A stretch of 53,232 bases of DNA from an uncultured Bacteroides sp. (GTDB taxonomy: Bacteria > Bacillota > Clostridia > Christensenellales > CAG-917): positions 1-53,232 of the forward strand of contig CAZUZK010000006.1 in assembly GCA_964624745.1 (NCBI GenBank). Direction: 5' to 3'. This document shows, piece after piece, positions 20,260 to 28,264 of the stretch; within the stretch, counting starts at the first letter, position 1, and every line of letters begins with the position of its first letter. The notes below the pieces were generated by a model. It made no database searches, was not told where the DNA came from, and saw only the letters and a list, made by a program, of their open reading frames with translations. The position numbers and the translations under genes are program-made.

Positions 20260-20295
20260 GCGGATATTAAAGCGGATATTAAAACGCGATATTTT
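20260..20295. repeat. Tandem 12-mer GCGGATATTAAA (about 3 copies) with a dispersed copy at 20216
   Basis: Direct reading gives GCGGATATTAAA at 20260-20271 and 20272-20283, a degenerate ACGCGATATTTT at 20284-20295, and GCGGATATAAAA at 20216-20227. Confidence 0.8.
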
Positions 20296-20348
20296 GTATT
20301 GATATAACATATAAGCATGCAAGCAATCAGCGTAAGCCGACAAAATAA

Positions 20349-20374
20349 GAGGCGCCCGTCGCGCTTCTTTTTTT
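20349..20374 (+). terminator. Intrinsic terminator after rpe
   Basis: GAGGCGC-ccgtc-GCGCTTC (7 bp, one G-U pair) followed by TTTTTTT. Confidence 0.65.
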
Positions 20375-20506
20375 ATGTAACGAATCCGACGGCTCAACTA
20401 GTTGATTTTTATTATAAAAACCGATTGCGAAATTGCGGATTATTTTGATTGTATTGAGTAACGGCAAAGTGCCTAAGCGCATAATTTGTAGAAAAAGGAG
20501 AGAAAT

Positions 20507-20596
20507 ATGAACAAAATTATCTGTGTCAATCCGCCCAAATTCGTCAAAGCGATATTAAAGCTGTTCGTGAAGAAAGAGAGTAGAAGAGCCTCGTAA
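20507..20596 (+). CDS. spoVM: 29-aa micro-ORF, SpoVM-like amphipathic peptide
   Basis: Encodes MNKIICVNPPKFVKAILKLFVKKESRRAS. Compare B. subtilis SpoVM, MKFYTIKLPKFLGGIVRAMLGSFRKD. Strong RBS AAAGGAGAG lies 6 nt upstream. The position between rpe and the divergently read rpmB matches B. subtilis. It is below the size cut-off of the ORF track. Confidence 0.6.
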   Translation: MNKIICVNPPKFVKAILKLFVKKESRRAS

Positions 20597-20640
20597 AAAT
20601 AAAAAAAATAAAACGCCTTCCTTTCGGAAGGCTAACTTTG
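20597..20640. terminator. Hairpin terminator between the convergent micro-ORF and rpmB (mainly serving rpmB)
   Basis: GCCTTCC-tttc-GGAAGGC (20615-20632). The A-run on its plus-strand 5' side is a U-tract for the minus-strand rpmB transcript. Confidence 0.65.
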
Positions 20641-20669
20641 GATTGCTACAAAATATAAATCAACAGAAA

Positions 20670-20861
20670 TTATGCACGGTCAACTTTGCCTGAACGAAGA
20701 CAACGAGTGCAGACGTAAGCGTCTTCAACCCCGCCCGTAGGAGTGTTGACTTTGACCTTTTGGACGTTGGGAGCCCAACTGCGTCTTGTCTTTCTGTTGC
20801 TGTGGCTAACGGCGTTACCGCTCATTCTACCTTTTCCGCATACACTACAAACTCTGGACAT
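20670..20861 (-). CDS. rpmB: 50S ribosomal protein L28
   Basis: [22 protein letters not shown]...PN.Q. AGGAGG lies 7 nt upstream of the ATG at 20861, so the ORF-track start at 20885 is too far upstream. Confidence 0.95.
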   Translation of the reverse strand: MSRVCSVCGKGRMSGNAVSHSNRKTRRSWAPNVQKVKVNTPTGGVEDAYVCTRCLRSGKVDRA

Positions 20862-20993
20862 AACTGTACCTCCTAATTTGAACATTTGCTATTCTAACAA
20901 ATAATATTCGGTTTTGCAACTGATTTACGCAAAATTTGTTATTTAGTTGCAAAAATTTATGTAATATAGTAATATTTATGCAAAGGTAACGAT

Positions 20994-21344
20994 ATGTCGC
21001 TCTCAACTTCAAACAAGTTCGGCAAAATATCCATAAGCGAAGAGGCAATGCAAGCGGTTGCGAGCCACTCCGCGCAGGATTGCTACGGCGTTGTAGATTT
21101 AGTCTCACGCCGTTTCAGCGATAATATAAGTCAGCTCATGGGCAAGAATCAACTCGGCAAAGGTGCGATTGTACAGACGGTCGACAACCTTATATATGTC
21201 GAGTTGTTTGTTATACTCAAGGTCGGCGTAAATATCGAAGCCGTAAAAAAATCCCTTGCGGATGCCGTCAAGTTTTCCTTGGAAACGTTCACCGGAATGC
21301 GTGTTAAGCGCGTTCACGTCAACGTTGTAGGCATACGCGTTTAA
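20994..21344 (+). CDS. yloU: Asp23/Gls24-family envelope stress protein (YloU-like)
   Basis: 116 aa containing I.EEA....A..SA..CYGVV. Paired with the downstream DAK2 protein as in Firmicutes. Confidence 0.85.
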   Translation: MSLSTSNKFGKISISEEAMQAVASHSAQDCYGVVDLVSRRFSDNISQLMGKNQLGKGAIVQTVDNLIYVELFVILKVGVNIEAVKKSLADAVKFSLETFTGMRVKRVHVNVVGIRV

Positions 21345-21357
21345 GGTTGAAACAAGC

Positions 21358-23013
21358 ATGATACGAATAGACGGATTAAAATTCAAAGAAATGCTCGCGG
21401 GCGGTGCAAAGGCTCTTGAGATGAACCGCGCCGCAATAGACGAGCTAAACGTATTCCCGGTCCCTGACGGCGATACCGGCACGAATATGTCACTCACGCT
21501 CGCGTCGGCAGTTAGAGAAGCAAACGCTTGCGGTTCTTTGCTTATAGACGAAATAGCATTGGCGTTTTCAAAAGGCGCGCTCAAGGGCGCAAGAGGCAAT
21601 TCCGGCGTTATATCCTCGCAGATATTCAGAGGCTTTGCGGTCGCGCTCGAGGGGAAGGCGGATTTGTCGCCCAAGACCTTTGCGGAATGTCTGAAAAAGG
21701 GCACCGAAATTGCGTACGGCGCAGTCACGAAGCCCAAGGAAGGCACCATTCTCACCGTTATCAAATGTATGGCGGAGGAGGCTTTAGTCGCAAGCAAGAG
21801 CAAGAAGATAGAATTTGACCAATTTTTCAAACGCGTTATCGACGCTGGCGAAGCTATATTGCAAAAGACACCCGAGATGCTTCCCGTTCTCAAAAAGGCA
21901 GGCGTGGTAGACGCAGGCGGTCGCGGACTTATCACCGTATTCGACGGTATGTATCGCACGCTTGTCGGCGAAGAGCTTGTACTTATAAGCGGCGGACGCG
22001 TACAAACGGATTCGACTGCACCCGAAGACGCTCCGTCACAGCCCGTCGACGTGCTTGAAAACGATTACGAGCATATCACGTTCCAATATTGCACGGAGTA
22101 TTTTATCACTCATCTCAAGAACGAAGTCACCGATGCCGCGATTGACAGGTATCGCGATTATCTTATGACGATAGGCGACTGCGTGTTGGTTATCGGCGAC
22201 ACCGATCTCGTAAAAACGCACGTTCACACCAATCACCCGGACAGAGCCTTGAAATCCGCATTGACGCTCGGAGAGCTTGACGGCGTGAAAATCGAAAATA
22301 TGCTCGAGCAAAACAGAAAGCTTCACGCGGACGATGCCGAAGATGTGGTCGAAGAGCTTAAGGATTTTGCAATGGTATCCGTATGCTCGGGCGAGGGCAT
22401 GGCAAGCATCTTCAAGGATTTGATGGTTGACGTAATTGTCGAAGGCGGACAAACCATGAATCCGAGCGTTGACGATATTCTCAAGGCAATTAACGACGCT
22501 CACGCCAAAAACGTATTTGTTTTGCCCAACAATTCCAACATCATTCTTGCCGCAAATCAAGCCAAAGCGCTTGCAAAGGCAGAGGTGTACGTCATTCCCA
22601 CAACCAATATGCCCGAGGGCATTTCCGCGTCGTTGGCTTTTGACGGCGACAATGCTCCCGATGACAATTATCAAGCGATGTGCGAGGCTATGAGCGACGT
22701 TGTATGTGCCGAAATCACTCATGCCGTACGTTCCACTCGTATGAACAGATTTTCGGTTAAAGAGGGCGATATCATAGGTATTTGCGACAAGCGCATAGTT
22801 GCAAAGAGCCTTGACGTCGAAGAAGCCACGCTTGACACTATCCGCAAAATAGCGATTGATAAGGATATGCTTTCCGTATATTACGGACAAGACGTATGCG
22901 AGGAGGACGCTCAAAAGCTTATGCAGCGCGTTCAAGAGGAGTTCCCGGAGCTTGAAACGGCTTGCTACTTTGGCGGACAACCGCATTATTACTACATAAT
23001 TTCGGCAGAATAA
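21358..23013 (+). CDS. yloV: DAK2-domain fusion protein YloV (FakA-like fatty-acid kinase subunit)
   Basis: Dak2 motif DGDTGTNM and a C-terminal DegV-like/uncharacterised domain. Located upstream of recG. Confidence 0.9.
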   Translation: MIRIDGLKFKEMLAGGAKALEMNRAAIDELNVFPVPDGDTGTNMSLTLASAVREANACGSLLIDEIALAFSKGALKGARGNSGVISSQIFRGFAVALEGKADLSPKTFAECLKKGTEIAYGAVTKPKEGTILTVIKCMAEEALVASKSKKIEFDQFFKRVIDAGEAILQKTPEMLPVLKKAGVVDAGGRGLITVFDGMYRTLVGEELVLISGGRVQTDSTAPEDAPSQPVDVLENDYEHITFQYCTEYFITHLKNEVTDAAIDRYRDYLMTIGDCVLVIGDTDLVKTHVHTNHPDRALKSALTLGELDGVKIENMLEQNRKLHADDAEDVVEELKDFAMVSVCSGEGMASIFKDLMVDVIVEGGQTMNPSVDDILKAINDAHAKNVFVLPNNSNIILAANQAKALAKAEVYVIPTTNMPEGISASLAFDGDNAPDDNYQAMCEAMSDVVCAEITHAVRSTRMNRFSVKEGDIIGICDKRIVAKSLDVEEATLDTIRKIAIDKDMLSVYYGQDVCEEDAQKLMQRVQEEFPELETACYFGGQPHYYYIISAE

Positions 23014-23014
23014 T

Positions 23015-25042
23015 ATGCTTACGTTGCGCGACATCAAAGGCGTCGGCGACGCAACGGAGAAAAAACTTCACGACCTTGGCATACACAGCGTATTCGAGGT
23101 CTTTTCTTTTTTACCGAAACGCTATATCGATTTGCAACAACCCGTGCGCGTTTTCGACGCGCAGATAGGACAGCTTTGTCTGCTTGAAGGACGAGTAGAA
23201 AAGGTAGGCGACGTTTCCGCAAGAGGCAAGCGCGCCTTCAACGTCACCTTCAGCGACAACCTGTCGGCAAACAAAGTGTTTTTCAGAGCAACGTTCTACA
23301 ATATGCCGTTTTTGCACGATAATTTTGAAGTCGGGCAGAATTACAGAATGCTCGCTCGCCTTGCAAACGTCCCCGGTGTTTTGACGGTTGTCAATCCGCA
23401 GCTTGAAAAGCTTGAGAGAATTTCAAAGCTACAAGGCATTTACACCTTGTATTCGCTCGGCGGGACAATGGGGCAGAATGCCTACAAAAACATGGTTTAT
23501 TCCGCGCTCGACGCGTTAAATTCCGTGCAATACGAGGGTAGACTTGCAAAGGTCAATAAGGATTTGGCAGCCTGCTTTGAGCTTGCGCATCGTCCGAGCG
23601 ACCTTCAAATCGCCGAAAGAGCGCAAAATTCTCTTGCCTCCATAGACGTTGCAATCGTGTTGTCAATTTATCGAAAATTGCGAGATTCAGCACAAAAACA
23701 AAGAAAAGTATTCTACAATTTTAACGATTTTAGAATAGAAAACTTTATAAAAGCAATAAATTTCACCCCTACTCCAACTCAAATTCAAGCCTTTGAAGAT
23801 ATATTGTCCGATATGTCTTCACCTCTCAATATGTCGCGCATTATAAGCGGCGACGTAGGAAGCGGAAAAACAATCGTAGCGTTTTTTGCAATGTACGCCA
23901 CGGCGTTTGCCAATAAGCAAGCAGTGCTTATGGTTCCCACGGAGATTTTGGCAAAGCAGCATTTTTCAAAGCTTGAACCGCTTGCAAAAAAGCTCGACAT
24001 ATCCTGCGCATTGCTCACAAGTTCTTCAACGGCGCGCGAGCGTAGAGAGGTGTTGAGCGGATTAAAGAGAGGCGAAATATCTTGTGTAGTCGGCACAAGC
24101 TCTCTTGTCGGCGAAGACGTCGAGTATGCAAATCTAGCTCTTGCCGTTATCGACGAACAGCACCGTTTCGGCGTAAACGAAAGGGGAAAGCTCGAGCAAA
24201 AGGGCGCTTGCGACGTATTAAGTCTTACCGCCACTCCCATTCCGCGCTCTATGGCGCTCACTTTTTACGACGATATAGCCATTTCTCGCATTGAAAAACG
24301 CGAGGAAGCAAAGACAAACGTAAAAACGGTTGTTTACATGGATATTGCCGAATCGTTGGAATTTTTGCGCGAACGTCTTAAGGAAGGCAAACAGGCATTT
24401 ATCGTCTGTCCGTCGATTATCGATGCGGAAGGCAACGATATTATGTCTATTGAAAGCTTTATGCGTGATTACGGCGGATATTTCGACGGTTTCTCAACCT
24501 CCGTAATACACGGAAAGCTCGATATGGCGCAAAAGGAGCAGGCGATGAATGATTTTGCGCAGGGCAGAACCTCGCTTTTGGTTGCAACAACGGTTATTGA
24601 AGTCGGCGTTGACACAAAAGCAAGCGAAATTTTGATTCTCAACGCGGACCGTTTCGGGCTTGCTTCGCTCCACCAGCTGCGCGGACGCGTAGGACGAGAC
24701 GGAAGAGAAGCGCACTGTCTTTTGTATTCTCGCGCCGAGGGTGAGAAATCCTCTCAACGACTAAACGCCCTATGCGAGAGCAACGACGGTCAATATCTTG
24801 CCGAGATGGATTTTGAGATGAGGGGCGCAGGCGAATTTATAGGCGTAAAGCAAAGCGGTAAATCCTTAACTCCGATGTTCGAGTTGCAAATGAACGCACG
24901 CGTACTTAAAAATGCCAAGGAGTATTCCGACAAGTATCTTTCCTCCTTAACCCTAAACGAGCTTCTCGCTCTTACAAGATGCTCCAAGGGACGCGTTGAC
25001 AGCTTTATCGAGGAGCTGAAATGCGTAACCCTAAACAGCTGA
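23015..25042 (+). CDS. recG: ATP-dependent DNA helicase RecG
   Basis: Wedge domain plus SF2 helicase motifs GDVGSGKT, DEQHRFG, and QLRGRVGR. Confidence 0.95.
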   Translation: MLTLRDIKGVGDATEKKLHDLGIHSVFEVFSFLPKRYIDLQQPVRVFDAQIGQLCLLEGRVEKVGDVSARGKRAFNVTFSDNLSANKVFFRATFYNMPFLHDNFEVGQNYRMLARLANVPGVLTVVNPQLEKLERISKLQGIYTLYSLGGTMGQNAYKNMVYSALDALNSVQYEGRLAKVNKDLAACFELAHRPSDLQIAERAQNSLASIDVAIVLSIYRKLRDSAQKQRKVFYNFNDFRIENFIKAINFTPTPTQIQAFEDILSDMSSPLNMSRIISGDVGSGKTIVAFFAMYATAFANKQAVLMVPTEILAKQHFSKLEPLAKKLDISCALLTSSSTARERREVLSGLKRGEISCVVGTSSLVGEDVEYANLALAVIDEQHRFGVNERGKLEQKGACDVLSLTATPIPRSMALTFYDDIAISRIEKREEAKTNVKTVVYMDIAESLEFLRERLKEGKQAFIVCPSIIDAEGNDIMSIESFMRDYGGYFDGFSTSVIHGKLDMAQKEQAMNDFAQGRTSLLVATTVIEVGVDTKASEILILNADRFGLASLHQLRGRVGRDGREAHCLLYSRAEGEKSSQRLNALCESNDGQYLAEMDFEMRGAGEFIGVKQSGKSLTPMFELQMNARVLKNAKEYSDKYLSSLTLNELLALTRCSKGRVDSFIEELKCVTLNS

Positions 25043-25342
25043 TTATGATATGCCGACCTTTATATAGCCTATAGCTTCAAACGCTGATTTTCCATATTCT
25101 AACCGTACATAATGCGCAAATTCATATAGCTGATGTTTTCGTTATTCTAACACTGTTTTTTCTCCAATCGGCAATGCTTTTATGTGATAACATTTTGCCG
25201 AATTTCTCTTGTTTTTCTCGCAAAATCGTTTTGATTTTCTTTGAAAATTCGGTTATTTGTTTTCGGCAATTATTGTCGAATTTCCGCAAAATAACGCTTA
25301 TTTCGATTTATTTCTTTTCTTTTCGCGCACACCTTAAACGCC

Positions 25343-25370
25343 TTGACATTTTTTTGAATACATTTATAAT
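25343..25370 (+). promoter_or_regulatory. Near-consensus sigma-A promoter driving the large ncRNA
   Basis: TTGACA (25343-25348), 16-nt spacer, TATAAT (25365-25370). Preceded by a 300-nt AT/T-tract-rich spacer. Confidence 0.7.
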
Positions 25371-25377
25371 AATATTA

Positions 25378-25960
25378 AATGGTGGTGCAGTATTCTAGTC
25401 AGATTCCACCGACTCGGAGGCGGGGGTAAAATATCGCCGAAGGGCATATCGATGAAGTTTCTGGTGATGGCTTCTTTTGCCCAAATCGGGGCTGTTGCTG
25501 GGAGTTAAGGTTTTTGGGCGGTTTGCAACGGCATGCAAAAATGCGACCCAATTTCCGTGGAGACCCAACTCGGTAGACGGCGTAACAATCGTTTACTGAC
25601 TGGGGTTAAACCTGATATGCGGTGCGTCTGCGCTGTGTACAGTGTAGCCTGCTTTGAGTGGCGCGGCGGAATTCGAGAACAACGTTTTTGAGTATGGCCA
25701 ATACAAGAAGACGATCGCTCGATGAAATCCGCGTTGCAAAAAAAGATAAGGGCGGGCGGAATCTGTCAAGGAAATCTTCTAGACTGTTCTTTGGAGACAG
25801 CTTGGGGATTATAGTGTGTTCTAAACGGCGATTCGGTTTCTTTTTAAGATGAAACGTGCAATAGGAAACTTCTCGGACGGCGACGACGAGTTTCGTTTCA
25901 GGGAAATCCTACCGAACCTATGGCGCAAGGTTTACCCATGCTGTTGCCACCATTCAACGC
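25378..25960 (+). ncRNA. ole: Large structured non-coding RNA, candidate OLE (ornate, large, extremophilic) RNA
   Basis: About 580 nt with no credible ORF and a GC-richer composition than its flanks. Terminal closing helix AATGGTGG (25378-85) / CCACCATT (25947-54), nested GGGTAAA (25424-30) / TTTACCC (25931-37), and TTTGCAACG (25522-30) / CGTTGCAAA (25732-40). Followed by a 4-TM membrane protein and then tlyA-nadK-argR-recN, which is the published OLE neighbourhood. The family assignment has not been verified by a covariance model. Confidence 0.65.
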
Positions 25961-25981
25961 AATTACAACTTGAGGTGCTTT

Positions 25982-26863
25982 GTGCAAAATCTCAATCAAA
26001 AGGAAGCCAATGCTTCAAATACCTCTCAACAGCCATCAAAAGCCGATTCTTTTGATGGTGTTTCTTATTCTTCGAGCAATGCGCATTTAGAGAAAGATTC
26101 GACAAACGGCTTTTCGCAAGATAGCAAAAATGTCGTTCTCGATTCTAAAAGCGAGGCTTGCTCCGAGCAAAACGTTGCCAAAGGCAACGATAAGGTGGTT
26201 ATAGAAAAGGTCACCGTTGACAATTCCGTTTCAAAGACGAAAAGCAATCAATCGCAAAAGTTCGAAAAGCATGACAAAAAGAAGAAAAACGCCAAGAAAA
26301 AGCGCAATCTTTGGTGGATTAAGGCAATAATAATTTCACTTGTTTTATCGGCGTTTTTCTCGTATATAAGCGAAATAGTCGCCAATGCCGACCAGCTTGT
26401 CGTGGTTATCGTATTGCTTGCGTTTTTGATACTTTCGGGCGTTGTATTCGACGCAATCGGAGTGGCGGTAACCTCCTGCGACACGACGCCGATAATTTCT
26501 ATGGCGTCAAGAAAGGTTTACGGCGCGAAAACCGCATTATGGCTCACAAAAAACAGCGATACCGTATCAAGCGTCTGCAACGACATCATAGGCGATATTT
26601 TCAGCATTATTTCGGGTGCTTGCTCGGCGGCTCTGGTTGTAAAAATCACGGTATCTCTCAATGAAACGTGGCAAATAGTCTTGTCGATAGCTGTGTCGGC
26701 AGTCGTCTCCGCGCTCACGATAGGCGGCAAAGCGTTTATGAAGAAAATCGCCATAGACAATTCAAAGGATTTCGTAATGTTCGTCGCGCGCACGCTAGCC
26801 GTGTTCTCGAAAGAGGAGAGGAAAATCCGCAAAAAAGCGAAGAAAAACGCTCAAAAGCAATAA
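25982..26863 (+). CDS. oapA: 4-TM membrane protein with a hydrophilic N-extension, candidate OLE-associated protein OapA
   Basis: C-terminal ~180 aa has four TM helices (motifs FDAIGVAV and NDIIGDIFSIISG). There is no in-frame ATG, so the start is GTG 25982 after GAGGTG (25972-77), or alternatively TTG 25970. It starts about 25 nt after the closing helix of the ncRNA. Confidence 0.6.
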   Translation: MQNLNQKEANASNTSQQPSKADSFDGVSYSSSNAHLEKDSTNGFSQDSKNVVLDSKSEACSEQNVAKGNDKVVIEKVTVDNSVSKTKSNQSQKFEKHDKKKKNAKKKRNLWWIKAIIISLVLSAFFSYISEIVANADQLVVVIVLLAFLILSGVVFDAIGVAVTSCDTTPIISMASRKVYGAKTALWLTKNSDTVSSVCNDIIGDIFSIISGACSAALVVKITVSLNETWQIVLSIAVSAVVSALTIGGKAFMKKIAIDNSKDFVMFVARTLAVFSKEERKIRKKAKKNAQKQ

Positions 26864-26936
26864 GATAATCGCAAAAGCAATGAGATAATCGCCAAAAAAA
26901 CAATGAGATAATCGCGAAAAAACACAATAAAAATAA
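26852..26936. repeat. Tandem ~20-nt repeat CAAAAGCAAT(A/G)AGATAATCGC (3 copies plus degenerate copies). The 17-mer CGCAAAAGCAATGAGAT recurs at the tlyA start (27041-27057).
   Basis: Copies at 26852-26872 (includes the last codons and stop of the upstream CDS), 26872-26892 and 26892-26915. Confidence 0.8.
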
Positions 26937-27050
26937 ACCTAAAAAGCTCGCAAAACAATAGGTAGGAGCAAAAAATAGCACAACAATTAAACAAAACGGC
27001 AAAGATAAGCTTAAGATAAGAGAAGACGCAAAAATCAAATCGCAAAAGCA

Positions 27051-27761
27051 ATGAGATTAGACAAGTATTTACAGCTGAAATTCAATTTGAAATCTAGAAC
27101 CTATGCGGAAAATCTCGTCAAAACAGGCAAGGTTTTCGTCAATGGAAAAATCGCGGAAAAAACCTCTTTGGACGTTTGCGATACCGACGAAATTTCAATC
27201 ACGCAGGACGAAAACTACGCCTCGCAGGGCGCGTATAAGCTGGAAAAAGCCTTTGAGGAATTTCACCTTGACGTCACCGACAAATCGTGCGCGGACATCG
27301 GCTGTTCCAACGGCGGCTTTACGGACTGTCTTTTGCGCCACGGCGCAAGAAGCGTGCTTGCCGTAGACGTTGCGGAATGCGCGTTAAGTCAAGATTTGCT
27401 ATCCTCAGGCAAGGTTACCTTTTTGCGTGCAAACGCAAGAGAATTGCCCGATAGCGTCGAAAAGGTAGATTTTCTTTGCAGCGATTTAAGCTTTATTTCT
27501 CTTAAACTCGTACTTTCGTCTATGTACGGCGTATTGAAAAAAGGCGGTGAAGCAGTGCTTCTTGTGAAGCCGCAATTCGAGCTAGACAAAAAGGCGCTTA
27601 ACAAAAACGGCATCGTACAAGACGAAAAGCTACGTCAAAAAGCCTTGACGCAAGTTTTATCCTACGCGCAGTCAACCGGCTTCGAGCTTATTTCTCAAAC
27701 AACGTCGCCCATTCGTTACGAAAACAAAAACGTAGAGTATTTGATTTATCTAAAAAAATAA
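27051..27761 (+). CDS. tlyA: TlyA-family rRNA 2'-O-methyltransferase (S4 + FtsJ domains)
   Basis: N-terminal S4 domain MRLDKYL... and a SAM-binding motif DIGCSNGGFTD. Confidence 0.9.
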   Translation: MRLDKYLQLKFNLKSRTYAENLVKTGKVFVNGKIAEKTSLDVCDTDEISITQDENYASQGAYKLEKAFEEFHLDVTDKSCADIGCSNGGFTDCLLRHGARSVLAVDVAECALSQDLLSSGKVTFLRANARELPDSVEKVDFLCSDLSFISLKLVLSSMYGVLKKGGEAVLLVKPQFELDKKALNKNGIVQDEKLRQKALTQVLSYAQSTGFELISQTTSPIRYENKNVEYLIYLKK

Positions 27762-27846
27762 TTTATCCGAAATTATCTGAAATAAATAATAACTGAAAAA
27801 ATAGTTTATTTTCCTCGCAAAATTACGCCAAAATTTATTACGCAAA

Positions 27847-28155
27847 TCAATTCTCACCGGGATTTTCGGTTGAAGCATTTGTTTGGGGATTTGCGCTTGA
27901 ACCGCTTTCGGCTTCGACTATATTTTTCTTGTTTTTCTTATCTTTTTTCTCTTTCTTTTGGGCTTCTTTAAGCGCAAGCTCCTCGTTTTGCTGTTTAGCC
28001 TTGCGTTTAAGCGCAACGGGACCGTCCTCCGCCTTTGGTTTTTGATAGTGTTTGACAACGACTATCACCACGACGGCAATCGCAATGAGCATACCGGACA
28101 GACCTCCGACGAGCTTTGTAGCGAATTCGCTTATGCCAATGATTTGAGAAAGCAT
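27847..28155 (-). CDS. Small single-TM protein with a Lys/Glu-rich tail (hypothetical)
   Basis: One TM helix (LVGGLSGMLIAIAVVVIVVV) followed by a charged low-complexity tail. The RBS is weak and the start is uncertain (28155 or 28179). Confidence 0.4.
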   Translation of the reverse strand: MLSQIIGISEFATKLVGGLSGMLIAIAVVVIVVVKHYQKPKAEDGPVALKRKAKQQNEELALKEAQKKEKKDKKNKKNIVEAESGSSANPQTNASTENPGEN

Positions 28156-28264
28156 ACTAAAATTATATATCCGTATCAAAATACTGTCAAGCGCGAGAAT
28201 TTTATTTGCAAATGTATAAAACGGATAAATTTATGCAGTTTTTTATAAAAAACGTATTATATAC

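Noticed and set aside
20912-20954. 9-bp perfect inverted repeat TTTTGCAAC ... GTTGCAAAA (25-nt spacer) in the rpmB/yloU divergent promoter region
   Set aside because: The arms are AT-rich. One such inverted repeat is roughly what chance predicts across all intergenic DNA in the window. One arm overlaps the likely yloU -35 (TTGCAA), which explains part of the sequence.
25140-25152. The 13-mer CGTTATTCTAACA is shared between 25140..25152 (+) and 16320..16332 (-, upstream of rsmB). Related ATTCTAAC words occur at 20889 and 25096. It is a possible operator half-palindrome (CGTTA-N3-TAAC).
   Set aside because: A repeated 13-mer somewhere in 2 x 53 kb is expected by chance many times over. Even restricted to AT-rich intergenic DNA the expectation is near 1. 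There is no consistent position relative to promoters.
25196-25280. Two exact Spo0A-box matches (TGCCGAA at 25196, TGTCGAA at 25274) upstream of the ncRNA promoter
   Set aside because: This is a 7-mer with one degenerate position in an AT-rich 335-bp tract. The enrichment is marginal, and nothing else (spacing, orientation) supports a regulatory array. It is worth a position-weight-matrix scan but not a claim.
25174-25398. 74-aa ORF in the AT-rich spacer upstream of the ncRNA
   Set aside because: Its low-complexity Phe/Ile/Leu-rich translation is typical of T-rich DNA. It has no RBS and runs straight through the consensus promoter and the TSS.
25658-26055. Two overlapping ORFs (64 aa at 25658..25852 and 68 aa at 25849..26055) inside the large intergenic region
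   Set aside because: They have no RBS, are Arg-rich with odd composition, and overlap each other and the candidate ncRNA. The second runs into the real downstream CDS in another frame. They are best explained as chance ORFs in a GC-richer RNA gene.
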